A program made the position numbers and the translations under genes. Below the pieces are notes generated by a model, which made no database searches, was not told where the DNA came from, and saw only the letters and a list, made by a program, of their open reading frames with translations. Positions 23,706 through 35,960 of a stretch of DNA of 64,000 bases are shown one piece after another. The stretch spans positions 3,350,001 through 3,414,000 of the forward strand of contig NC_045697.1 in the NCBI RefSeq assembly GCF_009834535.1. The letters are read 5' to 3'. The DNA comes from Camelus ferus. Its lineage: Eukaryota. The first letter of the stretch is position 1; every line of letters begins with the position of its first letter.

Positions 23706-25062
23706 GAGGAAATCAGCCCCCAGGCACAGCACAGTGCCTCTTCTGCGGTGTGACACTGTGTCATGGCTCCCTGGGGTTTCCTACTGGGGTTTTTCCAAAT
23801 TCAAAGAGCTGAGCCCCTTACTCTGGAAATCCCGAGGGCATCCTGTGAGCCCCTCACCCCTTGAATAGAGCGGCTTCTGGAGTCTCTTCCCTCAGCAGGT
23901 GAGATCCCGCCCTTCGGCCACGAGGTGAGGCGCTGGGCTGGCCGCTAGGGCCCCCAACACTTGTCTACCCAGCTGCTCTGAGGTGGTGAGTGCCGCCAGG
24001 TGCCAGGACAGTTCCTGTCTCTGGGTCGCGTGGGTGTGGACAGCAAGGCGCCCAGCACAGAAAGTGCCCGGGGAGCCTGAGGTGCCTGGTGGAGACGCAT
24101 CGTTCCCCGTGAGCCCTGCACGAGGTGCTGGAGCCGGTGCGCCTCCACGGCTCTCCGAAGGAACTCGGCTTCCTCCCAGATCCTTTTAAAATTACATTAA
24201 AAAATTAACAAGCTTGTCTGAGGGGAGGTGGAAACGGGTTATAGCACAAAAGGAGAGAAAATTTGAAAGAACAGGATCTTCCAGGGCAATTTACACATAA
24301 TTGGGTATCTTTCTGAGCCTGCTAATTAAACAGCATTTTCCCTGAGTCTTGGCACCGAAGGGCACTTTGTAGACAGAATCTGACACGCGGGTCTGGCAAG
24401 TCCCTATAGAAAGCCACCTGAGTGGGGAGCATATCTGTGCGGCAATCCAGAGCGACAGCTCTCCACCGGGAGGAGCCGTTAGCCACGCCCCTGCCTGAGT
24501 CAGCATCTCCCCGGCTCCCTCCGCACCCTCTGCCCTCCCAGAAAGGGACGCTGGAACGTCCCCTACCGCACACATCTGCCCCAGGCTCACGTATCCCTTC
24601 TTCTATATACTCGTGTCTGCTAACCTAACGCGGAGCTGTTTTATGTCTTGTGAGAACAGCCAACGCCCAATCAAAAGGTACACTGTGCTGCTGAGTCAAA
24701 CCTGTGGGGAAGAGAGCCACTCGCGCCAGCGAAAGCATCCCTTGCATCAGTGCAGCCTTCGCGGGCAACCGCCAGTTTCCGCGGTGGTAACGCGTAACGC
24801 ATGACGCATGACGGGGAAGGTGGAGAGGGCAGCTGCCGCGCACCTGTGGGTCCCCACGGGCCCGGGGCACTGCAGACGCCAGATCGTGACCCCCGAGGGC
24901 AGGTGCACCATGAAATATATCCAGAGCAGCAGAGTGCCTGGCACCTAGAAAGCGCTCGGTAAGCACCTGTGCGTGCACGGAGATCAGAATAAAAGGGCCC
25001 TCCGCCCACTCGTATAGGACTGCGAAGAGATGAGGAAGCCCCGGAATTTGGACATCCAGGGC

Positions 25063-26347
25063 TGTGGCATAACAAGTGTCTATTTGGTCTTTGTCTCAGG
25101 TTCCCAGCACAAAAGACCTAAACCTTCACAGTCCCCAGAGTGATAAAAGTGTCTTGTGAATGAGATGACTGGTGGTGGGGGGCCCCTTAGTGTCAAGATG
25201 GGGGCTGGTCAACAGACAGCCCAAGGGGAGATTAGAGAGTCAGAACTGCCTACCCCCCCCCACCCTTACCTCCAGCAAAGGGAGAGGGGCTGGAGTTTGA
25301 GTTCCGTCACAAATAGCCATCGTGCCTACACAGCAAAACCTCCTGAAGACACCCACACAATGCGTCTCCAGAGATTTTGAGTTGGTGACTATGAAAGCAG
25401 CTCTTTGCCCCACTCCTGTTTGCCCATCTCTGTCCCCTCTAACTTAAAAGAACCTGAATGTAAGAATGAGAACACTAAGCAATGAAGCTAACTCCTGCCC
25501 TGCGCTCCCTGGACGCACACCATGCCTCTCTGACCTGGCGATTCTTCTCCTGGGTAAAAAGAAGAATGAAGAATGAAGCAGTTAAAGAATGATTAGCTCT
25601 CTACCCTCAACGGCCCCCTTGGCAACCTTGCAGGCATGCAGATCACGCGGCCAAGATAGTGTCTGAAGAGAGAGTCCGCCGGTCTGCACACAGTGGACAA
25701 GGATGCGGAACCCAGCCTCCTGCCTCGACGAGTCACTGAGATTCTCCCCCACCTTTTCTTCCCTTAAAGACTATCATGGCTGAGCAGAATCTTTGGAATT
25801 GGTCTCTGGACACAAGTCCACCCTCTCCCCAGGTTGCCAGCTTCTCTGATTAAAGTGTCTATCCTTTCTACTGACACTTGCCTCTTGATTATTGGCTTCT
25901 GAGCGACGAGCAGCCAAACTTGAGTTCAGTAACAAACACATCCAGGTGCGGGAGGGCGGTGCCCCCGGGGGAGGTGTGGATGCTCCCCACTCCCAACCCC
26001 GTTCCCGGCCCTGGGCGGCTGCTCCTCTGCCTGTTCCCGAGCTGTGTCCTTTACAATAAGCCAGGATGAGCAAGGGAAGCGCTCTGCCCCAGCTCTGTGA
26101 GTTGCCCTAGCAAACTGTCCACCCTGGGGGAAGGGTCGTGGGAAACCCTGAATCCATGGAAGATCTGTCAGAAGCACGGTGACAACCTGGAACTTGCAAC
26201 TGTTGCCTGGAGTAGGGGCGGTTTTCTGGGACCAAGCCCTTGACCTGTGGGGTCTGTGCTGATCCCAGGTGACAGTGTCAGAACAGAACTGGGGAGTTGA
26301 GAAGGAGGTTGGGGAGGGCGCTGCACATTTGGTGGCAAACGTGTTGC
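25063..26347 (+). mobile_element. MER21-like LTR, split by a nested LTR
   Basis: tatttggtctttgtc..gagtgataaaagtgtctt..aatgagatgactggtgg..ggagaggggctggag..gttggtga | acacatccaggtgcgggaggg..tgtgtcctttacaataa..cacatttggtggca. Confidence 0.8.
25392..25934 (+). mobile_element. ERV1-type solo LTR nested in MER21
   Basis: Interrupts MER21 between gttggtga and acacatcc; ATTAAA near 25848; ends gagcagccaaacttgagttcagtaaca; 5' boundary uncertain by a few bp. Confidence 0.7.
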
Positions 26348-26699
26348 TCCGGTACAGCTCGTGTCCCATCTCCTTGCGTCCTCGAAACAGCTCGGCAAAG
26401 ATGCTACTGTCATTGACCTGACTTTGCAGAGGAGGAAGCAGGCACACGGACAATGCAGGCCTGGAATGATGAGCAGCTGACGAGGGAGCATCATTCCCAG
26501 AGCACGCCTCCTAGATACCCAGAACTCCACTGCAAGCCCCACGTGGGGCTGGTGTTGAGGAGGAAAGCCCCCAACACCCCAAATCAGTGCCTCCTCTGTG
26601 GCCCATGGGAGCAAAGGGCAGGCCTCCCTTCATTCCAAAAGTGCATTCACTTTACTTCCCACTCAAGGCCACATGAAGACACTATGGCAGGCAATGAAC

Positions 26700-26830
26700 A
26701 TTCGTGTTAGTGAATCCCACAACCCCCACGGTAGGCAACTGTACCTGTTGATGGGGAAACTGAGGCTCAGGGGCCAAGGTCCTTCCCCGAGGCACACAGC
26801 TGGCCGTGCTGCACTGGGATGGGGCCCAGC
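26700..26830 (-). mobile_element. MIR SINE fragment
   Basis: gatggggaaactgaggctcagggg..ccccgaggcacacagctgg. Confidence 0.7.
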
Positions 26831-27759
26831 ACCCTTTCTCTTGGCAAATCCACCCCATTCCTCTCTGTCCTTGTTTTTATTTCCCTAGAGACCAGGCACA
26901 TTTGAAGGCAGGAATTGAGTGTCTTTATTTTGGTATCACCTGCTGTCGCTCAGGTCCAGGCAGTCAAACCTGCTCAAAAGAGGCTGAATAACTGAACGAA
27001 TGAAAAACAACCTCAAAGTGGAGACTGTCAGGATGGTTCCATAAATGCCCATTTGGTGTGTGTTCTGTGCTTTATGAGCAGAGAGTCTCCACGTGGCATC
27101 TTCCTCTGCACAGGCTCCCGCGAGGGGCAGAGACATCCCTGCAGCCAGCGCGTCTAACCATAATGACAGTATTACTCATTTAAAATTGGGTAATTTCTGC
27201 AAAGTAAGTTCCAGCAGCTCAGCTGCGGTGCTCCTGGACTAATTGGCCAAAGGCGTCCCCGCCTGTCACCGTGGCATCAGCTCTTGTTTTCACTGTCCAC
27301 CCAGGGCTGCCCCCAACTCACAAGGGCCCGCAGTTTGGCCAGGTCTCGGCAGGGCTCCGAGCAGCGGCCTCACCTGGAAGCGATCCTGTCTCTCCAGGGC
27401 TGCTGAGGCCTGGCTGGGGGTAAAGATGACAGAGCCAACACTTGGAGGGCGAGAGGCTGGGGACCAGGGAAGGCAGGGTCTGGAAGGGACCTAGGACAGC
27501 TGGGTCAGCTTACAGCCCCCACCACTGGATGAGGGTCCATTTGCTCTGACGTCAGCAGGTGTTTCTGCCCCTTGGTAACAGGCACCTGCGGCAGGCTGCA
27601 CTGTCCAACAGCGACCACAGTGAGACCTCCCACCTCACCTGCCCTTCTGCACTGTGACCTGCCCGCTCCCCAACTAAGAGGCAGAGGCCCAGTCCCCTCC
27701 CCGATCCTGGGCTGGGCTTGGTGATGCTCCAGGACTTCTGAGGCGCAGTACAGGGAGCC

Positions 27760-28071
27760 TTGCACATCCGTCTGGGCCCCTTGGGATGCTCAAAAATGTT
27801 CCCTCTCAGAACCCAGCCACTAGGACACTCAAGTCACCTGCAGAGGTCACATCTAGGTGTCTACATGCTCCAGCCGAAGTCCCGCTGAGCTCTCGGCCAA
27901 CTGCCAGTATCAACTGAGGGGCCGACCTGGACGTCAAGCCCAGTAGAGCCTTCAGATGAGGGCAGCCCAGCCGGGCAGCCAACCACAGAGCCATGGGGAT
28001 AACCATAAATTGACGTCTTAAGCCAGTAAGTCTTGGGGAGCTTCGTTGGGCAGCAGTACAGAACCAGAGCA
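27760..28071 (+). mobile_element. MLT1 (G/H-like) MaLR LTR 3' part
   Basis: ctctcagaacccagccac..cccgctgagctctc..agcccagtagagccttcagatga..cttaagccagtaagtcttgggg..gcagcagtacagaaccagagca. Confidence 0.65.
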
Positions 28072-29699
28072 GCTCCTCACTGGCATTCATTTTCAAGTGT
28101 TTTCTAGCCTTTATCGTACACCTACCAGGAGCCAGATATTGTTTGGTGGTTTATGTCATTCAGTCATTCATTGAACAAATCCTCACCATGTTACAAAATA
28201 AGGGTTATATTTTAGAAAGGATAGATGAGGTTTGGCTGCAAATTCACATTGCGGTTCCAGCTACCTGACACATCGAAGGCTTACGTTCCGCCCGGCCACC
28301 TGTCCGCAGCGAGCTGACAAAGGCTGCGCTCCACACAGCCACTCCGGGACCCAGGCTCCCGGCCCCTGGCCTCCTCAGGGGTTGGATGGGGAGGGGCTGG
28401 AGACTTGCACGTGGGCTTCTCGCGTGCTCCCCTGGAACCAACGCCCACCCCCACCCCCCCACAGGACCACACCGGCTGGCAGGGGCGGGGGAGTGCCGTC
28501 AACCACGCAGCCTCAAAGACAGGAGAACCGGCTGTGGGGGAGCGCCGCGAAGTCTGCCCCCGGCCTCTCCTGCTCCACGCAGGGGTCCCCCGGGCTGGGC
28601 AGCCCAAGTGCACTGCTGTGGTCATGGTAACGGCCGGTGAGTCAGCTGCAGAACTGACCTGTTTGGCTCCAGATATACCAGTGTGTCCTGGTGTAGCTTG
28701 TACTTAAAAAAATAAGTATCGTTAGCAACAGTGAGATGAAAGCGGCCGGTTAGTGGGGCCACAAAGATAATGAACAGGACTGGCCGCTGTAAACAACAGA
28801 GCCCTGGAGAGAATGAAAGGGGCTTTGTTGCGAGGTCTAAACCAGGGACTGGTCTTTTGAAGCTATAAAGGAGAGAAGCTCAAGGCTACACGCGGCGCTT
28901 AAAAGCCTTGCCCACGACAGCCCCAGTGGCTTCCTGGTGGCTTTGCCAATTTGAAGAAGGGTTTTTTTCCTTACCCATGGCCTGCTGGGGTTTTCTGTTT
29001 GTCGGCTGAAATGGCCCTGTGTCATCCTTTGAGGACGTCCCCAGTGTCCCTTGGATGCTGACACAGAAGACAAGGAAGGAAGTGTAACCACTGCTCCAAG
29101 TGCCCCAGATAAACACGGGCAGGGCCGGGGAAGGACAGCGGGCGTCTGTAGGAAGCCCACCCATCTGTCCCCGTGGTGGACACCCCTGGCCACAGACCCA
29201 GGATCCCAGTGCTTTGGGGCTGCTTCAGAAAGCCCGCCGGGGCGGGGTCGGGAGGTGGGGACGGAGTTTCTTCAAAGCCAACACCACCTCCCCCGACATC
29301 ATCCATCCTTGCGGGCCGGCTTCCAAAGGGCTGCTGGCAAGAGCCGAAGAGCCTGGCCAAGGTTGACTGGGCTGGGGGCTCAGCCCCAAGAGGCCCCCGA
29401 AGTTAGGATGAGTGTGCAGTCCTTCTGGGCCAGGACCTGAAGCTTCCTGTATGAATGGGGCAGGACGAACTTGGGCCTCACTAGCTGGGCTGAAACCCCC
29501 ACCCCCAAGCCTCCCAGAGGCCCCACGTGAGATTTACCCCCCAGACCATGACAGATGGAGCAAGGGACCACCAGCCTTGGAGGGAGACAGCCCATCCCGG
29601 CTCGGGGACTCTGAACAGCTCACAGGCTGGGTTGTAAAATGGGATGATGGCCGCAAGGGTTGGTGAGAAGCCTTAGGCTGTGGACACACAGGAGCATTA

Positions 29700-29860
29700 G
29701 GAAGAGAGCAGGGTCAGGAAGGAGGAGGGGAGGGAAGAACCTCAGATGGTTTGGAAGAGGGAGGAGGAGGAAGGGAGGGGGAGGAGGAGGGAAGGGAGGG
29801 TAGGAGGTGGGAGAGCAGTTTGGAGGGAGGATGAAGGCAGGACAGAGAGGGTGGGGTATG
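29700..29860. repeat. GA-rich polypurine low-complexity tract
   Basis: ggaggagg/ggaaggg runs. Confidence 0.8.
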
Positions 29861-30114
29861 GATGCTGAGGGCTGGGTCCAGGCCCAGCTTCACTGCCATG
29901 TGCCTGGAGGCTCCTTGAACTTGTCTCCCCAGCGACAAGTGGGGACATGATACGTCCCCAATGTCCCCAAGCACGCTGCGGGGTCAGAAGGCATGGCCAC
30001 GCTAACACCATTTCTGCAAAACCACTTCTTGCTTTAGACTTTCCAGCAAGCTGCAACGAAGGTATTTCCTACATTTTCAGATAAGAAAGTTCACTCTGAT
30101 ACACACATAGTGGT

Positions 30115-30547
30115 GCCCTACTTTTCTATCGCTTCTGCAACAAACAACCACAGACCAAGTGGCTTAAGACAAGACACAAGGATTATTTTAGAGTTCTGCA
30201 GGTCAGAAGTCGAACCCAGGTCTCACTGAGCTAAAGTCAAGGCGTGGGCAGGGGCTGCGCTCCTGCCGGAAGCTCCAGGAGAGATCTGTTTCCTTGCCCT
30301 TTCCCAGCTCCCAGAGGCACCCGCATTTCTTGTATTTCCTGTCTCCTGGCCCCTCTTCCATCTTCAAATCCTGCCACGTCCTTCCAAGTCCGGTCTCCCT
30401 CCCACCATGCCCAGAAACCATCTCTGCTTTCAGGGACCCGTGAGATTGGATGGGGTCACCGGGATCTCTGGGATCGTCTTTCTGCCACAGTGGCGGGTGA
30501 CACAGGCAGGGTTCCAGGGAAGTGGGGCCATGACTCTGCCTTCCAAA
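30115..30547 (-). mobile_element. MLT1D-like MaLR LTR
   Basis: caaacaaccacagaccaagtggcttaa..agttctgcaggtcagaagtc..ggtctcactgagctaaagtcaagg..atctgtttccttgccctttcccagct..tccatcttcaaa. Confidence 0.85.
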
Positions 30548-31609
30548 GTGGGCTCTACAACTAGTGTGTAAATATGAAACCAAACGCCAAGCGGCCGTGC
30601 TCCTGCTTAGGCTGGTTATCTGCTCAGGCTGGTTATCTGCTCACAAACTGTCGGATGGGAAAGGGGCAAGGGACCCAGGTCATCCAGGGCAGCCTGTCCC
30701 GTGGGCACGGCACGAGCTTAGAGCTCAATCCAGATCCACTCAGCTCCCTTCCACAGGTGTTTGCCGTGGGCCTCCTGTGCTGGGGGCACCGTTAGGCAAC
30801 CACTGTCCTGCGCCTCTGGTGGAGCTCAGTGGTGGCCTCCGTGAATCTGACAAGTGAATGGAGGTCTCCAGGGCAGTGATGCGACCACGGGACGAGGTGA
30901 TGCTGAGCCCGGCCCCATTCCTTATTAGTGGTGTGACCTTGCCAACTTCTCTCCCGCCTCAGTTTCCACATCTCAAAAATGGGTACATTGACCTACCTTC
31001 CTGAGCCACAGTGTTTGGGCAGACCAAGTGAGACAAAGCACGTGAAAACGATTCACAACGTACCCAGCGCCCCACCCCCAGCCCCTGCGAGGAGGGCCAA
31101 GTCCCTGGACTCCTGGGCCAGTGCGCTTTCTTCTCCTAGGAGGTGACCTAAGGATCCACAGCCCTCTCCTCTTAAAGGTAGCAAACAACTGAGAGAATCC
31201 ACTGGCAAGATGAAAGCGAAGCCATGAATATGCATGACTCAGGGAGTAATCAAACACCCTGAATCCTTTCCAGAAGGGATCGCAGCATAATTTTGCACCA
31301 CATACTTAAATTCAAATTAGTCATTATTTAATGTTGGGACAAATCGCAGGAGAAGGTCATGTTTTCGGTTTAAGGTTTCTTTCTTAATAAGTGAGGCTGA
31401 CTCCCCTGGCAGGGTACATAGCCCAGTAATGCCTTGTTTCTTCCTCTTGCTCTATTCATGCTGAAGACATGCACCCTTGAAACAGTGCTAAACAGAAGCT
31501 CCCATCCTCGGCTTTATTTTATCGAACGCCCACTGGCCCTCCCTCTCCACGTCTCCTCACTCCCCAACCCCGTCCATGCACACACAGATCCACCGAATCT
31601 CCATGTTGG

Positions 31610-31835
31610 TTTCCAGACAAATCCAGACAGGTCTGGGTTCAAATCCTGCTCTGCCATTTCCCAGCTGTGTGACCTTAACTGTATCACTGAACCTCTCTGA
31701 GCCTCAGTGTCCTCATCTATAGAAGGGGGATAATAGTAGTTTCTACTACGTAGGTCACCGTGACGATTACTATAGGCAAGATGCTTAGGACAGTGCTTAT
31801 CACAAGGGTACACAGCCCATAATGTCATCTGTCAT
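31610..31835 (+). mobile_element. MIR SINE, near full length
   Basis: ctgggttcaaatcctgctctgccatttcccagctgtgtgacctt..aacctctctgagcctcagtgtcctcatctatagaagggggataatag..gcttaggacagtgc. Confidence 0.85.
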
Positions 31836-31899
31836 TACCCTCGTGCTATTATTGCTACTATTACTAATACAGCCAGGCACTGATACCACGTGTTCCAAG

Positions 31900-32265
31900 C
31901 CCCAGGTCTGTCCGCCCTCATTGTCAACGCTGTATTTCACCCGTGGGCTATTGCAATGGCCTAACTGGCCTTACAGGTGGAGTTTGTGAGCTTCCACCAG
32001 GAGAAGCCCAGACTCTGAACACTGTTCAGGGTCCCCACAGTCTCACCTGCCCTGCCTTTCACCACATCCCCTGTGCACCAGGCTCGCTGAGGGGTTCACC
32101 ATCTCCCAAACAGGCTACATTCTTTCAGTCCTCTGCATCTTTGCACGTGCTGATCCCTGGGCCCACAATGCTTATCCACTTATCTCTGAATTGCCAGCGA
32201 CTGCACCCCCCAGAGAAGCAACTCCATTTCCATGTCCTGTATGAAGTGTCCCAACCCAGGCTGAG
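31900..32265 (+). mobile_element. L2 LINE fragment
   Basis: gggctattgcaatggcctaactggcctt..tctttgcacgtgctgatccctgggcccacaatgc. Confidence 0.5.
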
Positions 32266-34039
32266 TTAGTAGCCAACAACTCTGTGCTCAGAGAGAAAAG
32301 GAACAGAACAAAACGAAAGCAAAATAATATGTAAGTCTTGCCCACACTGTTGTCTGACCACTGTGTTGTGGATAGATGGACAGATGGACAGACAGCCCCA
32401 TCCTTCTCTGGGGCAGGAGCCCCCACTAGCTTCCTCCTGAAGGCACATCTAACACCAGCTTTCCAAGATGGAAAACGAATGCCTTTACAAGGACTTTCAC
32501 ACCTAATTACTGTCCAGTGTCTCGGGACAAGGCAAGCCCTCGCAAGTCTCCTGATATGCCGTCAGAAGGGGGTCCAACCACAGATGAAACCTCGGTGTTC
32601 CAGGCATCTTTCAGCAGATTCCAAAGTGGGTTCCCAGCTGTAGCTCCCTTAGCACCAAATCGACCCTAAATGCTCTGGAGAGCTGGTTCTTGAGGTCGTC
32701 AAATGTGTAGGGGCCAGAGTGGACCCCAGGGCCTGTTCCCCGAGCCCAGCGACCCCAGGAGACACGGAAAGATTTCCACGAACAAGAAGCCACCTACACA
32801 GAGTCCAAGTTAAAATACAGCCTTTCTTTCTAATGAAAAACAAGCCAGCTCCACATGTTCCATCACCCTAAAGAAACCGAAGGCCAGCTTCGCCTGAGAC
32901 ATTTCACAGCGCCAAGCCGCCTCCATCCAGCGTGACACTTGAGAAATGGGACGTCAAGTCAATGCAGCCTGCGGCTGAATGAAAAGGAAGGACCCGCCCA
33001 CCACAGACGCTCTGACTCATCACAGCCGTTTCCTCAGTCAGAGACCGGACGGTGGCCGCTCCCCCTTCAACGCCCGCTTACTCCTCTCTCTGGGGGCCTG
33101 GGACGGAGGACAAAGGACACTGTAGGCTGTCAGATAGACAGAAAAACTCTGTCCCTGGGGGATGTGACAAATCCTGCTGGGCCACTTTTTACAGTTAAAG
33201 AAATTGGCTTTAAAGGCCCGATAAAGTGCATTCTGTTGTTACAGAAAAGCAATTCATCTTTTTTCGTTGTTGCTACTGAGATGACAAATTGATTCTTTAA
33301 AAAAGAAAAAGTCTGCTCCATCTGCCTGAGGATAGGCCAGCTCGTAAGAATGTGGTGGTGCTCTAGAGAGAGGGTGCCTGGAGTGGTCTCAGCACAGGCC
33401 AGCCCTGCTCGGGGGACCCCCCACCTGGACAGGGGTGGGGCCAGCTGGGATGATGTCATCCAGATAGCCCCTGTGGCAGGAAGTGGGGGCAGCGGGACAG
33501 AGAACCCCTTACTGGCCACTTAGTATTTTCAAAGTGATGGGGAGACAGGTAAGCACACTGGAGACCAGCTCGAAGCTGTGCCCCACCTTCACCCCTGCTG
33601 CGAGCACCAGACAGGGTGCCTCGCGGGGGTGCCTCCAGGCAGAGTGGGTCTCTATGGAAACCCCGTGGCCAACCTACCACCCCATTGACCAAGTACCTGC
33701 TCAGATCAGTCTCATCCTAATCCTGGTAATATTATTAGAAGGGCAGACCCAGCTCCGCCCGCGGTCACAGACCTGCTGAGCAGGTGGCTGTTACCTGAAA
33801 CCTGGAAACTTTCTGCCTTATCCTCTTCTAACCCAGAAACTGCACATCTGAGAGCTGTGGCACGTCCGGCCACCACCCAAGAGCAGATGCATTTCTACGC
33901 TATTCTGAGTGGCTGTCTGATACTGCTGGCACTCCTCTGGCGACAGGGCATTCACTCCCTCCCGGCCCTAAACATCCCATGTCTGAACATCCATGGCTGC
34001 TAAGAGATTGCTCCCATGCCTCTGCCCCCAATTCAAAGC

Positions 34040-34245
34040 AGTGTTCTTTGGAGGGGAGAGCGTGGGCCCTGGATACTGCACGCTGGGTTCAAATCCCCCC
34101 TCTGCATTTATTGGTTGAATGGGCTCGGATGAGTTACTTAACCTCCCTGGACCTCAGTTTCCTCATCTAGGGACAGGGTGCCCAGTGGTCCCTGCCTTGC
34201 AGGACTGTCCTGAGGATTGACTGTTTCCAAGGGCGTTTAGAACTG
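34040..34245 (+). mobile_element. MIR SINE
   Basis: ctgggttcaaatccc..gttacttaacctccctggacctcagtttcctcatct..tgaggatt..gcgtttagaac. Confidence 0.8.
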
Positions 34246-34329
34246 GACCTATATATTGGCAACCATCACAGAGGCCCCTGTCATCACGCTGAGGTTCAAA
34301 GGCCTTCAAAACTTTTTAAGAATAATGTA

Positions 34330-34980
34330 TGTCTGAGATATAAATCCCAAAAGAATTGAAATGATACCAATACACACGAGTGTACATTCACAGCAGCCCC
34401 GTTCACAAGGGCCAAGAGGTGAAACAGCCTGCATGTCCGTCAAATGATCAGTGAATAAACAAAATGCGGTGTATCCATGCAAGGGAATATTACGCAGTCA
34501 TGAAAAGAAATGACATGACACCTGCTACAAAACGGGAGAGCCTCAAAGAGATGATGCTGAACGAAAGAAACCAGACGCCAACGGCCACATACTCTGTGAT
34601 TCCATTTCTATGCATGGTCCTGAACAGGCAAATCCATAGAGACAGAAAGCCGATTGCTGGTGGCCAGCAATGGGAGGGACTGCTTCCTGGACACAGAGGG
34701 TCCTTCTGAGGAGACGGGCACCATCTTGGAGTGGGACAGAGGTGGTGACTGCACAACATCGGGAAGGTACTCAGTGCCACAGAGCTGATCACGTAAGATG
34801 GTTAACTGTTGTGGGGAGGGTGCAGCTCAGGGCAGAGCACGTGCTTAGCATGCAGGCCGTCAGTCCAATCCCCAGTCCCTCCATTAAGGAAACATGAACC
34901 TAACTGCCTCTCCTGCCAACCCCTGCAAAACAAAAAAAGTTAATAGTATGTGAATTTCACCTCCATTTAAAGAAAAAGAA
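34330..34980 (+). mobile_element. L1MB-like LINE 3' end, interrupted by a SINE
   Basis: cccaaaagaattgaaa..gaataaacaaaatgcggtgtatccatgcaagggaatatta..aagaaaccagac..caggcaaatccatagagacagaaag..tatgtgaatttcacctc plus A tail. Confidence 0.85.
34813..34938 (+). mobile_element. tRNA-Ala-derived SINE (vic-1-like), older and diverged copy
   Basis: ggggagggtgcagctcagggcagagcacgtgcttagcatgca..caatccccagtccctccatt..aacctaact.. A tail; flanked by gttaa-like repeats. Confidence 0.8.
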
Positions 34981-35849
34981 TATTATATAGAGAGTGATAC
35001 CAATACAGATCCAGTCCTTTCTTTCCAATTAGAAGACACACAGGCTAATGATTGACAAAAGAGGTGAAAACGTGAAGAAGAAGGTAAGAATGAGATATGT
35101 TCACATGTTGAAGCATTTCCCTTTTGTTTTTTTTCTTTGTGTGTACATTTCATGTTGGGAAAATCAGGGGACCACCCTGCCTGCTTTTGGTTCCAGCTTT
35201 TTCACTCGGGCAAGTTCCCGTGATCGTAAATATTCTTTGAAACACGCTTGTAAGCGATTGAACACTTAGCCGTCGTGTGGGCACAGCCCAGACTGTTTCA
35301 CTCAGCCTGTGTTCACCCTCAGAAGTGCTGCTGCGATGCACTCGCCACTCGCACGGTGACCTGGGTCCGCAGAGCTGACCCTCTGTGCCGTCAAGGAGGC
35401 TTTTCTGAGAAAGGGACCTAAAATCCGCTCACTTGAGACTCTAGACAAACCTCTCACCGCCTTTTGTTACATCTCTCATCCTTCCTGAGACCTGGGGGAA
35501 GGAGTGGGGGCTGAATCTCCAAGCACCTCTTGCTTTTCTCTGTGGGCTGAGTGTCACCTGCAGCTTCGATTATTCTCAGCTCTGAGCATGGCCGGGCTGG
35601 CTCCAGGGACACCAGCCGGGCAGCCGGTGGAGGAAGTCGGGAGGGCATGCGTAGTCTCTCTTCCCCTGGGAGAACAGTGGGGGCTCACGGGGAGAGGAGG
35701 GAGGCCCTACTATGTGCCCAGCAGGGCTGGGGAAGAGATTTCTGCCCTTGCTTTGTGTTACAAGAAATGATTTCTAGATTTCTCCTAGTAATACTGTGCA
35801 TGGAAGACTGGAGGTATTTGAAATTTGTTCTAAGGGATTGCCCAATAAA

Positions 35850-35960
35850 ATTCCCTCCACAGCCCTGGGAGGTAGCCACCATGATCATCCTCATTTTACA
35901 GACGAGGAAACAGGCACAGAGAGGTGAAGTGACTTGCCCAAGGGCACTCAGCAGAGCCAG
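35850..35960 (-). mobile_element. MIR SINE fragment
   Basis: atcctcattttacagacgaggaaacaggcacagagaggtgaagtgacttgcccaagg. Confidence 0.85.
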
